Origin: Lama glama
Lineage: Eukaryota
Assembly: GCA_028534125.1 (NCBI GenBank)
Contig: CM052832.1
Span: forward strand, 5,892,001 to 5,956,000
Reading direction: 5' to 3'
Length of the DNA stretch: 64,000 nt
Shown: piece by piece, positions 51,688 through 63,235 of the stretch
How the letters are laid out: each line of letters opens with the position of its first letter
Position numbering within the stretch: the stretch's first letter is position 1
The notes under the pieces: model-generated
Told to the model about the DNA's origin: nothing
The model's database searches: none
Seen by the model: only the letters and a program-made list of their open reading frames with translations
Position numbers and translations under genes: made by a program

Positions 51688-52831
51688 CTGTAGCAAAAGT
51701 CAAAAAGTATGAGGGACCGTTTTGCAGGCAATATCCCCACTGTTATCTTAATACCCCTTTTCCAGATTCCTTCTGAGATAGTCACCAACTATTAGAAACG
51801 TCAGTTTCTGCTGATTCCGATAAAACTGCATGGATGGGTATTTCTGACCCTGCTTCCAGGAAGGAGGACCACCGTCATGATTGTACATGACAGTTGTGGT
51901 GTTTATTGAATGGCCACAGCTGTAGGATCGTTTTCAACTTTATTAAATCTGTTTGCTTTCTTCCCAAATATTAATACAGCTGCTCTTTCTCGGGATGACA
52001 GAAACACATGACAGGAAATCTTGTAATGCAAAGTCACAATCAGGGAAGTTGTCCTGAGAAAATGAAGCTTGTATTCTAGTCTGTTTTCAGAGAAAAAGTC
52101 AAGAAATTGGCAGCTAGAACCTCTGAGCTGGCGGGAAAAGTTTCCCCAGACCTGGAAGGCTGGGTCTCTTCACATTTAAATTATCTGGTCACCTGTAAAG
52201 TCACACTAATTGATAGTCAGTCTTTTTAAGTGGTGAGAGTTGAGGTCCAAGAAAAAGCTAGAACCTGCCATGAGAGGGAAGGGAAGCCGATTTCCAAGGA
52301 AGGATGGGTTCATGGGGAAGAAACACTGAGCAGAAGACTGAGATTTTAAAATGTGAGACACCGGGAAAGCTTGCTTGGGAAAGCGGAGTGTGTGTAACCA
52401 AAGGGAGTTTAGAACATTTGTTTCCATCAAGAAAAGAGAAAAAGAAATGATCTGAAAAAAGAAACATGGAACAGAACTTCCTGGGCTTTAATTAAGTTGC
52501 AAAGTAAAAACAGAATGAGCGCATCAGCAATCAGAGTAGCTTCGAGAGTTGGGGAGATTTATGTGAGTCCAAGAATCTCTGATTAAAAAGACAAACCAAA
52601 CCAACCCTGAGTCAAAACTTCCTCTTTAAGTCGATGCAAAGGGAAGAGTGACGTAAATGTTCTCCATAGTTATTCAAGAATTATGAGTAAATATATATGA
52701 TTGAACTGAGCCGGCATTCCTTTAAAGTCAGCTCTATTATTTTGCATCAAGCTTTTAAATAGAGCAATGGTGATGTGTGAACATGAATACCTGGCCGCTT
52801 TATTAAGCAGTTATGTTTATTTTACTTAAAG

Positions 52832-53030
52832 CAGAGGTCAAAAAAAATTTTTTTTGCAGATAATAAATATTTCAGGCTTTGCAGGCTGCACAGTGTCTGT
52901 TGCAACTTCCTCATCTTTGCTGCTGTCACTCAAAAGCTGCCAGAGGCGAGGTGTAAACAAATGTGCGTGGCTGTGTGTCAATAAAACTATTTACAAAAGC
53001 AGGCAGCAGGCAACCGTGGCCAACCCCTTA
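52832..53030. mobile_element. MER58-like hAT fossil
   Basis: CAGATAATAAATATTTCAGGCTTTGCAGGC...GGCTGTGTGTCAATAAAACTATTTACAAAAGCAGGC. Confidence 0.7.
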
Positions 53031-53880
53031 TTAAAAATACAATTAAGAATATGATCTTGCCACATTTTCCATGACCCACGGGGATGGAAAGCAGCCTGGC
53101 TAGTGATAGCTTCCCCAGAAGGGCGAGCTGAGTAGCCAGGACGGAGGAAAACAACTTTTAGAGGAATGATCTTGTCAAGCCAAGCACGTTAAGCAAGAAA
53201 AGACAGTGGCGGTCATAGATCCATCTTTATCTTACAGATGAGAAGCTTGAGGACCAGGGAAAATGACCTTCCTAGGAGCAGGTAACATGCGCCGAGGTCC
53301 ATTTCTGTGAGTGATGAGGTGCACTTATTTCACAGAGAGCAGCGGGGAAGAGGTCTGAGATTGCCTGGCTGGTTAGCACCCACAGGGAGTGGCAGGGCCC
53401 CTCTCTCCACACTGTGAAACGTGACTGTGACTTCGTTGAAGCCCCAAACTTCCTGAGAAAGGATCAAAATTATTCTTGTTTTGAGGTGTAACTTGTGAGT
53501 GTAGCCTCACACATCCTTGGCCAAAGACTCGTCCTTTATAGATTGAACATCAACTTCATTGACCTTGAAGTTGAACCTTTGACATTGGAGCTTTAGGAGG
53601 GATGCAGGTAAATCAGTGAGAAGAGAAGAAAGGAGATTGCTACTCAAACAGCCTCATCATTTGAATCCAGCTGGATAATCAAGAGGGTGATAAACGCCAC
53701 AGATAAATATCTCCAAGATATGGGAGGAAATGGAAGGAACATTGTGTCCCATATGTTTAACCCATAGCCATGTTTCATTTTTATAGCTAGCATACCAAAT
53801 TACAAAATGATAATATTTTATAGATAAAATATTAATGAGTAGTATTCATTAATAGAAGAAGCCTCCCCCTTGGAACTTAC

Positions 53881-55260
53881 CTGGAAAGCATTGAGCAGGG
53901 CAAAGATTATATGGAATGTCAAGGAAGTGCCTTCCAGGAGGGTGGCTATTCCAAAACCCCAGGTCAGTCCCAGCAGTGGGGTGAGGATGGCAACATTTTT
54001 GCTGATCCTCATAATTATGGCCAAATCCTGAGACTTGGAACTGCCAATAGAGGGCCTCTGAGTGTTGACCGCAACAACCAAAACCACAACAAGATTCACA
54101 GCCACGATGACCAAGGCTGGGATGGCAAATGCTAAAAGGGCTTTGGTGTCGTCCCAGTTAAGCCAACAGGCACCGTGTCTCGTGTAGCCTCTCCCTGGCA
54201 CTGTGACAGCAACTGTGGTGACGGCGATGACCAACGGGCACCCATAGCCAATGGCAAAGCCAATGGCCATCATGCGGGACTTCATCATCCTCCGGAAGAC
54301 CACCAGTATTCCATAGATGATGAGCAGGGCTTTAAAGAGCATCCAGAAGAACAGGGAGAGGTAGAAAAAGTGGCTGAAAAAGGTCACCGCTACACACCAG
54401 TTGTAGTCCTGGGCCTTTCTGTTAAAGTTGGTGCCTAGGATGAACCACACGTTGGCGGTCAGGAGTGACACAGCTATGTTCACGATACACACGTGTCGCA
54501 TGTATGATATCTCCGTCACCACCACCCGGGACCACACCGTGGCTTCAATGATCAGGCAAAGGATCAAGCTCAGAATGGAGCTGCTGAGCCCAATGCAGGT
54601 GATGTAGTCCAGGACCTTGTTGTCTATGGATCTGGGGGACATGAGAATGGAAAAAGACGTCACGGCGTTGGTGTAGTTACACCGGCATTTTGCTCTGTCC
54701 GCGACATCCAGCGCTGTTTCACACACGCTCTCATCCCACCTCCTTTTGCTGGAGTGCCAGCCGACACACTGCGCCCTGGCGTTCCGGGGCCTATTGATCT
54801 TCTCAAAGGTGAGTAAAATTTGCTTCAGTTCTTCCGGTAAGATCACCGAAAGGACCAGCCCATTTACGGGCCTGGGAAGATCCTCATCTTGCAAGTGGGC
54901 TTCCTTCAGGACGGCCCCCAAGGTGGGAAAAGCGATGCTGATGGCTTGGGATGCATTTGGCGGCAGCTTCCACAGCTCTTGACTGGGAATTTCTATGATT
55001 CCTAGGATACCCTCTGTTGTGTTGCTCATGTTCGAGGAGAAATTGAAACTTCTCCCTTGGGTATTGTGGTTGATGGGAAATCCTTTCGTCTTAATGAACA
55101 GTTCATCCACGATGTGCTCGGGTTCATGGTAGATGTGGAGTCGCCTGGCAAACGCATTCACTGCCTGCAGCAAATCCGAGCTGGCATTTTTGTCTGGTAT
55201 GAAGGCCCAGTTTGGAATGGCTGCCGGGTCGAGGATGTGGTTGGCCACTTTGCTGTAGCT
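53881..55260 (-). CDS. ADGRF4: ADGRF4 large coding exon 5 (1380 nt): GAIN/GPS region plus most of the 7TM
   Basis: TTGTAG| acceptor and CAG|GTAAGT donor; 460 uninterrupted codons SYSKVANHILD...CVGW...WD...C..CRC..TSFSILM, followed by hydrophobic helices ending LLGLTWGFG...ALLNAFQ, as in adhesion GPCRs. Confidence 0.98.
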
Positions 55261-55941
55261 CTACAATGGAGAAGAGTGGATACCGTACTGAGGATTTACG
55301 CATAATTGTACAAAATCGATTTCTAAAATTTGAAGCTTCTAAAGATCAAAAGACTTGATATTATTTGACATATTTCTCTTCTGTTTATTAGAATCTCATA
55401 CTAGTAAGTCTGCAGAGAGGGGAGAAAAGTAAAAGAATGCTAAAAATAAACTTTTTTTTTGCCAAAATCCATGAACACATTGAGTGTGCCAAAGTTCATC
55501 AACACATTAAAAGCTCTTAAAACGTCCTGCCATAAGGAACCTTGTTTGCCTTTGTTTAACCGCGTTCCTATATTGCTGTGCTCCAGGTCACCCTCTGAAA
55601 AAGAGAACTTCTCACATTTCTCAGAACATTTACGTTCTACAAGAATAAAATTTTGGAAACACTAGAGCTGGCTCAGTCTTACTCACAGCCATCAGTGGGT
55701 GATAGTTTCTTGAAAACATTAAGTCTGTGCAAAAACATGTATTAAAAAAAAGTTCTAACTTCTTGAAAACATTCATAAACTAGAATGAATTGATATCCAA
55801 AACTGAAATGGATTGTTGTGATGGTTCCTGGGGTTATTGTAGTTTTTCCCCTGACAAAGCACATTTGAAACTATTAAAATGCAAGATTTGGGGGAAAAAA
55901 AAAAGATTGTATGTTTTTTAAAGGAAATTAACAAAGAATAC

Positions 55942-56193
55942 CTTCATTTTCTCTTGGGTAACGTTATCAGATAAGTCTGTAGAAATATTTTTCAGTATCT
56001 CCACTATGAATGCAATATTTCCAGACGTGGCTTCTGATGACTTCACAGCATCAATTATGCAGGCGTAATCAAGTGGGCAGTTCTTTCGGATGCCATGAGC
56101 TACGCTCTTGATGGGCTCTGGAGCTCGAAAGTCAAGAATGTGCAGGGGGATAAATGGTGCTGCGACGGAGAGGCGTGATGCACTATTTGAGCC
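55942..56193 (-). CDS. ADGRF4: ADGRF4 coding exon 4 (252 nt)
   Basis: AAAACAG| acceptor and AAG|GTATTC donor; encodes GSNSASRLSVAAPFIPLHILDFRAPE...SDNVTQEKMK. Confidence 0.95.
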
Positions 56194-57374
56194 CTGTTTT
56201 AATTTTTTAAAAAAAAATAATTGTTTCATTCAAATATAATTAAGCACCTAACATGTCAGACAAAATGAGTTGGAGGCACAAATAATCCACAGGGGAAAAA
56301 CAAACAAGCGATGCAAGTGGTCCTAAAAAGTGGTTTAGGTGCTGAGAAGTAAGGAAAAATTAAATGGGGTCCAAACAGACAGGAGATTCCACCCAAATTC
56401 CCACAGAGATCAGGATACTGACCTTTCTTATCAGAACTTGCTTTCAGGACAGTGATTTTAACTCAAGTGTTATTACAAGAGAGTTTTCTCCAGAGAGATG
56501 GAGAAACTCTAGAAACAAAATTTGCCTAATTGTTTCATTTATTTATTTTTTTAAAGAGGAGCCACGTGGAATTTCATGGGGGAGTGGTTTTTGGAGTTTG
56601 GCCGTTCAAACACAGAGTGCTAAGGCATTGTGATTTCAAAAAGTCTAGAGTTCACTAATTAGAAGTTATTTGCTCATTTCTTCATAACTTTACCTAGAAT
56701 TTCCCAGAATGGGACTTTGGGCAAGCCAAAGCAATAATTTATTCATTTAACTCCCTTTTAAATGCCACTGTAGCTGCAAGGACATCTGTGTGATTAGCTA
56801 TGCTAAGGGACAGGCTGCATTGGTCCTCCCTTCATAAAACCACTGTTAAAATTTTAGGGGATTCAAGAGATCAGGATCCATCTACAGGATTGGAGGGGAG
56901 GCAGAAATAGTCACTAAGTGAAAGGATGTTCTCATTTTAATTGAGATCTGTTGTATTCACTGAATTTCTACTCCCTCGAGGTCACGTATCTCTCCTTTCC
57001 TTTGGCCAAGTGATTGAAAGCACCGGAAAAAGATATCAAAATGAATTTGATTCTAGACCCATTTAGTTGCTTAATGGATTAGCCTAAGAGTCATGCAAAT
57101 CCATCTTCAGAGCTTAAAACCTTAACCTCGAAGTATTTATCCTTGTGTAAATGAGTTTCAGATATTTTTTGAGAAAAGGTTCTGAGAGGGAGAAATAGAG
57201 AGAGCAGGGATTGTGGAGAGCTGCTGAGAATCTGGGTAAAGAAGTAATGGTAAGACACAAACTTAGGCCACTCTGTAGAATGTCTCAAGTCCAGATCTGA
57301 GACTTATTGTCAGGCTGAGCAGCAAACATGAAAATTGCCTCTACCCGTTCTGGGGGGACAGGCTCTTGTAGAAT

Positions 57375-57406
57375 ATGCAAATGTGCAAATGTGCAAATAT
57401 GCAAAT
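57375..57406 (+). repeat. 4 x 8-bp tandem array of octamer-type motifs (RTGCAAAT)
   Basis: ATGCAAAT GTGCAAAT GTGCAAAT ATGCAAAT. Confidence 0.9.
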
Positions 57407-57420
57407 TGTAAACGCATCAC

Positions 57421-57572
57421 CTTAAAGAGTGCTTCCACAGAAAGGCTTGTACAAGTTTCAGTTGATTTTTGCCACTTGTTTCCGCTACAGGTAAATCCTA
57501 TTTCTCCACGAAAGTGCTGGGCACAGGGCTGGCTGCAGTTGGAAGAGGTGGAGCAAAGTCCTTGGCATTTCT
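57421..57572 (-). CDS. ADGRF4: ADGRF4 coding exon 3 (152 nt, Cys-rich)
   Basis: CTTTCAG| acceptor and AAG|GTGATG donor; encodes (E)KCQGLCSTSSNCSQPCAQHFRGEIGFTCSGNKWQKSTETCTSLSVEALFK. Confidence 0.94.
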
Positions 57573-58872
57573 CTGAAAGGCAGTGGGAGAGAGAGAAGCC
57601 CTAATTAGCATTTCCGCATCTAACTCATTCTGGGGCTTTGGGGGATGGCTTCCCAGCGGAGGTGACATTCACCTGGGTCCTTCATAGCAAGTAAGACCTG
57701 CTAGGCAGACTGTGAAGCTCAGTCCAAGGAGAGAGAAAGGTGTGAGTTCTGAGGAATTATTTGCTTTGTGGCATTTAAGCAACTGACCTCAGCGTTTTCG
57801 ATCCTACTCCTTTCTATGGGGTGTGGTTATCCTTTTCTGCCCCATTCCCACTCAGGAGCCTTTTAAAGCATCCCCTGTTGGGTCACTGTCATTCTTTAAT
57901 TTTTTATTTTTGTATGTATATTTTTTTTAATGGAAAGAAGTAGAAGATGCTGAGAGCTATTAAGGTGTTGAAATAAATACAATGAGGTGACCAACTGGCT
58001 GTGAATCAAGAAATGCACTCGTATTTATGGCTCGGACAGCGCTGTGGATGACTCCATTCATGGAGAAAGGGAACAAGTGGCTCTGCCTCTTTCTTTGACG
58101 TCTACCCAAGTGTAGCAGTTTTTGCAAGTTATTTAAACTGAGGACTTCTCCATGTCTTCCTCCCTACGGTTTGGAGGTAATGCTGTAGTTTTGCTACAAA
58201 CATTGATGGGACAGCATCTTATATAGCTCCTAGATCAGGGGTGTCTTAAATGCTCAGTGAATGTTAGCTACTTCCCCTCCCCTTTCCTTTCTCGGTTCCA
58301 CATCTGTGTAGAGAGGTATTTGCCACCAAAAATATACTTGGCCATGACTGTGCAGAACCCAGCTGTCACTGCTGTGTGGGTGAGAACCATGTGATTTCAC
58401 TATCTTACTACTAATCACGCCGCCACAGTTTCTCTCTCACTTTTCGGGAGTGACTGGTCTTGCCAACATCACACCTCTTATATTACTTCTGCAGACCTCT
58501 CAGCCCCAGAGTGTTACAGACATTTAAGCATCCTGAAAATATCTCTGAGTAAAGGAACAAATGAATCCCATCCTCTCCCCTCTTCTGCCTCTCGTTAGCT
58601 CATTAGTTCAAACAGATATTCCCTTCTGAGTGTTAAAATGCACTCTTGTCTCCTAGTCTAAAACACACGTGAGTATTTGCCAACTCGCTTCATTGACTCT
58701 GCCATGGATAACCGTATAATTGTAAGAAAATCTATTAACACTGGTAAACATTGAGAACTTATTAGAGATTGTTATTCTGGGTGAAATCTTAGGGACAGAT
58801 TTGCAGTATCAATGCCCTCCCTTTCTTCTGCCCAGTCTTCCAATGGAAGAAGAACATTCTGTAGCCACATAC

Positions 58873-58927
58873 CTTGCACCTTCCCAGTCTTGGGTTTTCC
58901 TTCAGGACCTTGAAGTTTATCTCCATC
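58873..58927 (-). CDS. ADGRF4: ADGRF4 coding exon 2 (55 nt)
   Basis: TTTTACAG| acceptor and G|GTATGT donor; encodes DGDKLQGPEGKPKTGKVQ(E). Confidence 0.93.
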
Positions 58928-59815
58928 CTGTAAAACAGAAATTCCCAAAGGTCTACTTTACTGTGGGGCTCTCCTCTCTCATCTCAACTTAGAGGCTCCA
59001 TGGCGATTTGAAAAAAAAAATGTGTTCAGGACTAGGAAGAAAACTGCAGCTCACATCGCAGGAACTTGCAGAAGGACACAGGGGTGCGAGTCCTGACGGA
59101 GAACACACCGTCCCCTGGTGAAGGCTGGAAACCTGAACATGGTCACCAGGGCTCTGAAGTCAGTGGATTGGATACTTTTGGAAAAGTTAGAAAGTTGACG
59201 TATCCTGGGAGGGCACAGTGATGACATTCTAGCACAAAGCTCTTCCCTGCCTGTATTAACTGTAACAATGACACAGAATGAAAATGGTCCGCCAGATACT
59301 GTGTGTCCTCAGGGAGGAAGAAATGAGCAGACACTAGGAATGAGCACTAGGCTACAATAATAGAATCACAAACTCTTTTTGTGGCTCTATGGGACTAAAA
59401 TATACATAAATAAATAAACACCCTTCACGTTACAGGTAAGGGAATTAAGACTGGGAGAAGTGAAGCAACTTGTGCAACGAACAAGCAACGCTAAGGTGTG
59501 AACCCAAATGGCTGAACTGCCAGGCTGGTGCTTCCGCCTCCCAGCAGCTGCCTTCCTGCCCACGTACTCAGCTGCTTGCAAAGTGGTCTTTCTACTGTAC
59601 TGCTGCACCTGTCACAACCGTGCTATCCTGTCGCCAGTCCCAGCCACCTCTCCACTTTTCTTGGTTCCTGTCTCTGGAAAGCTAATCAGTAAGGGTAAAA
59701 CCATAGTCATTTGAAAATTTCCTCTAAGTAACAACATTATTTACCATAAATCTAGTCCTTTCAGAGAACTGACGGATTTCTCATGGGATTGTATTAAGAA
59801 TGGACCAAAACTTAC

Positions 59816-59902
59816 TTTTATGTGGATCTTGGCTCTAGGATGAGAAGATTCTGTGGCCAGAAATAGCATTACACAGCAAACCGTGATTGCCTGGGACTTC
59901 AT
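59816..59902 (-). CDS. ADGRF4: Adhesion GPCR F4 first coding exon (signal peptide); whole exon 59816-59924
   Basis: CTGCAG| acceptor just above 59924, ATG at 59902, AAA|GTAAGT donor; encodes MKSQAITVCCVMLFLATESSHPRAKIHIK, similar to the recalled human GPR115 N-terminus. Confidence 0.92.
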
Positions 59903-60454
59903 TTTCACATGTGAGGACCTTCACCTGCAGTAGAGGAGGAAGTGGCAGCCCCATGTGATTAACACGATACTCAGCCGACCAACCAGCCCCTCGGGAGCCC
60001 ACTGGGTGCTCTGAGATATTCACTCCCAAACGACCTGCCTCGGGAAAGGACACCCATATCTACTTCAAGCCAACTAAAATGTGAAAAAAAAGAAAAGATT
60101 TTTCTATCAACTGTTGACCTTTCTACAAACAACAGTCAGGAATGACGGGAGCACCAGGAAAGACGTATGTTCACTGAAGCATCATCTCTTCTTATTTAAT
60201 CCACAAGTTTCTTTAATAGTAACGTTTATCAAGAACTTCCATTTTCCAACCACTGTACTAAGCACTTTCTTTGCACTAACTCATTTCATCATACGATTTG
60301 AGATATTATCACTATATTCATTTTTTTTTTCAAAGGAGAAACTAAGTTACAAAGCATGGAGCAATTATGAGCCCACGATCACTCAGATAAAACGTGGTGT
60401 AGCCAAGAGCTCAACCCAGATGATCCAGCTGGAGAGCAAGTCTTAATCTCTAGC

Positions 60455-60631
60455 AGGGCTGATGGCCAAGTTGGATGGTTCTTTGTTGTTAGGGACTGTC
60501 CTATGCAGCACTAGCCTCTACCCACAAGATGCCAGGAGCTACCCCCTCCCCAGCTACGACAGCCAAAAATATCTCCAGACATTACCAAATGTGCCCTGGG
60601 GGAGAAACTGCCCTGAGTTGAGAACCACTGT
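60455..60631. mobile_element. MER20-like hAT fossil
   Basis: CCTCTACCCACAAGATGCCAG...ATCTCCAGACATTACCAAATGTGCCCTGGGG...GTTGAGAACCACTG. Confidence 0.75.
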
Positions 60632-62033
60632 CCCAAGTGGTGCTCCAAGCATATAGAGTCAAGTAACTTAAAATAAAATGAATATACGCTATTGTCTGCT
60701 ACCGGAGTACGCACTGTTATGTATACAGGCATCCATATAAAAACTAAAAAGTACATAATTTTTGTATTTTAAAAACTCCTATGTTAAAATCCTATTCTTC
60801 TTATCTGGAAGCAAGGCACGCTGACATATCCATGAGTTTTATCTTGTGTCCCACTTTATTCTACCTGACGTTCTCTCAAACGTTGGTTGCCACCCACTAA
60901 ATTGAATTCACAGCCCTCTAAGGGATTGTAACCTGCAATTGGAAAAACAGAAATAGTTACTATAAGATTCACTTTTATTAGCAAGTCAAAAATCGTTCAC
61001 TTCTCCCACCAAGTTTGTCAATTCCATCCTTTCTCTTTCTTCCTCTTCACAATCCTATTGAAATCTCCTTCCCCCAGTACTTCAGAGAGAAAAGACACCT
61101 ACATTCAGGACCAACTAAGAAGACTGATGAGTAATTCAACTCTTCTCCACCTGGGGAGCATCGTTTGAAATGCCAGTGAAATGGTTGAAGGCCAGCCAAA
61201 GGGAGATATTTATAATAATGCCTGCTGTCTAAGGCTTCAGGAGAAGGGTCACTTTTATTCTTCATTGTTTTCAAAATAGGGACTTTGGTTAAAGCTAATT
61301 TTGCTGGAAGAAAGTCAGGCATTTCGCTTAGTGATACAGTGTGATGTGATTTACGGAGTCCAAAAATTTTCCCCCATCCAATGCTAAGGCCTCTAAGTCC
61401 GTAGTTCCTAAAGGTGTTCCAAGAGTTAAGGATCCAACAGCCATGACGTTTTCTATAGATCACTCTACTCTTTGTGGAACGTTTTGAAATGATGATACGT
61501 TTCATGATTCACATAAACTAAGAAAAATTTTACTAGCAGACATAGATATGTACTACAAAATCATAAGCATGACCATATGAAACACAAACTTTGAACTCAG
61601 CACAATTGGTTATTTTTGGTTAATTAATTTGCTACTTGATCATTCATGTTCTTAGAGTCTGGTGTATGTAACCCACATACCGTTTGGTATGATAATTACT
61701 TGTAAAATTTCCTTCAGTTACTACAAATGTTGAGGAGAGAATGTTTAATGATGTTACTCAAGAGGAGTCAGAGCATTCTTATTTTTGCCCAGTTTGATTG
61801 GTGGGGATGAATCAGGTGGACGGGTGTTTTCAGGTTCGCCCCAGTCAGATAGTTTCTTTTCTTGCCAAAAAGAGTGGAAAGGGATTTCCTCCCAGCAGAA
61901 TTCAGGTGTTGGCTAAGACCAAAAGCCAGAGTTTCCTGCAGAGCAGACAGTGAAGACAGCTTAAGAGCTCTGAGAATGAAGAATTTAAAGATAAACAGAA
62001 GCATTGCCAGCATAATCCGTAATCAGAGGTTGA

Positions 62034-62137
62034 AGGAGGGAGGGCGTAGCTCAGTGGTAGAGTGCATGCTTAGCATGCATGAGGTCCTGGGTTCAATCCC
62101 CAGTGCCTCCATTAAAAACAAAAAACAGCAAACACAG
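62034..62137 (+). mobile_element. tRNA-derived SINE (camelid Vic-1-like) with 12-bp TSD
   Basis: A and B boxes, A-rich tail; perfect target-site duplication ATCAGAGGTTGA at 62022-62033 and 62138-62149. Confidence 0.92.
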
Positions 62138-62314
62138 ATCAGAGGTTGATATTATATAAACAGAATAGGGGAAGCACACATTCTTTGATTAACTATTGAT
62201 AAAGACTTAATAATTAGAGTGAACTTTGAGTTTTGCATAATTTCAAACTGAAGAATTTCTGCAGATACAAATGAAGAGCCTCTCTAAGACCTCGCACAAT
62301 GTCTACGTATAGTA

Positions 62315-63235
62315 AGCTTCTCCTTGAGTTTTTAATATTCACATCTTATCCTTAACGATTCATTAATTTAGATCCATTGGTTGCACTTAACGATGCATTC
62401 TAAATAGGGGGAAAAATAATAGCAATGGCAATGAGTTATGGCATTGACAAAAATGCACATGTATTTATCTTCATGTTTATGCTTGACTAACGGTAAACAT
62501 ACAAAAATAAAAACATGAAATACCCAAAGTGACACAGCTACGCAGAATTAAGTGATCATATTTCACTGAATCTAACATTGTAAGCAACATCATTATTTTT
62601 ATGTCCACTAAGAAAGAAGAAGAAAAAACTTGCCAGTTAAACCCTGATGTGCCACTGATTGCACAATACATTCCAATTTCAGAAATATTCAAAGGTGAAA
62701 AAAATGCCTATCTTAGAATTGATGGACTGTGGTACAAAAAGTCACACTCAGTATTAGCTGACTGTAAATTCTGAATCTTAATGTGTCCAGTTTATTTATT
62801 TGTTTTTAGGAAAGTACTTCTTAGAGAGAAACTGTTAGTTGAGTAAATGACTTCTTTCTAATTAATATAATAGTGATGGCAATTTCTGTTGGTACTTGAA
62901 AAAACAGATAGCTGGGTCAAAATTCAACTTCAAGATCTATAAATACACAGACAGTTTAATTCAAGGGGGTGTGGTTCACTGAAAAAGTCCAAAGAAGGAG
63001 AATACTAATTCTAAAGCTGGGTGGCTTTGGGCAAGGCTCCCAAGTACACTGGACCTTGGTTTCTTCATCTGCGGAATGACCAGGTTGGACTAGAATCTCA
63101 TTTCTAGCTCATTTCTCATTTTCCAGCTACTAGCATTTTATGAATCTCTGATTCCGGGTTCATGTCGTCCCACCTCAATGGTCCAAACATCAAGTCGAAA
63201 TGCAACCAACATGGAAAATTCTCTTGAGGGGTATA
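62315..63235 (+). repeat. Local duplication, copy B
   Basis: Direct copy of 50061-50970; about 24 differences in the first ~280 nt by hand count. Confidence 0.95.
62343..62399 (-). pseudogene. Orphan duplicate of the ADGRF4 last coding exon (pseudo-exon)
   Basis: TTTAG|AAT GCA TCG TTA AGT GCA ACC AAT GGA TCT AAA TTA ATG AAT CGT TAA GGA TAA GAT|GTGAAT = NASLSATNGSKLMNR*; AG and GT retained; lies upstream of the first coding exon. Confidence 0.85.

Noticed and set aside
53818..55248. 476-aa ORF as a single-exon GPCR or as ADGRF2
   Set aside because: It is the large internal exon of a spliced gene, and all exons match ADGRF4/GPR115 as I recall it.
62040..62110. tRNA-like sequences here and at about 6.3, 7.3 and 27.05 kb as tRNA genes
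   Set aside because: Multiple diverged copies with A-rich tails and target-site duplications indicate tRNA-derived SINEs.
62315..63235. Duplication as a haplotype or assembly artefact
   Set aside because: About 10% divergence with indels is far beyond allelic variation, and no gap is adjacent.
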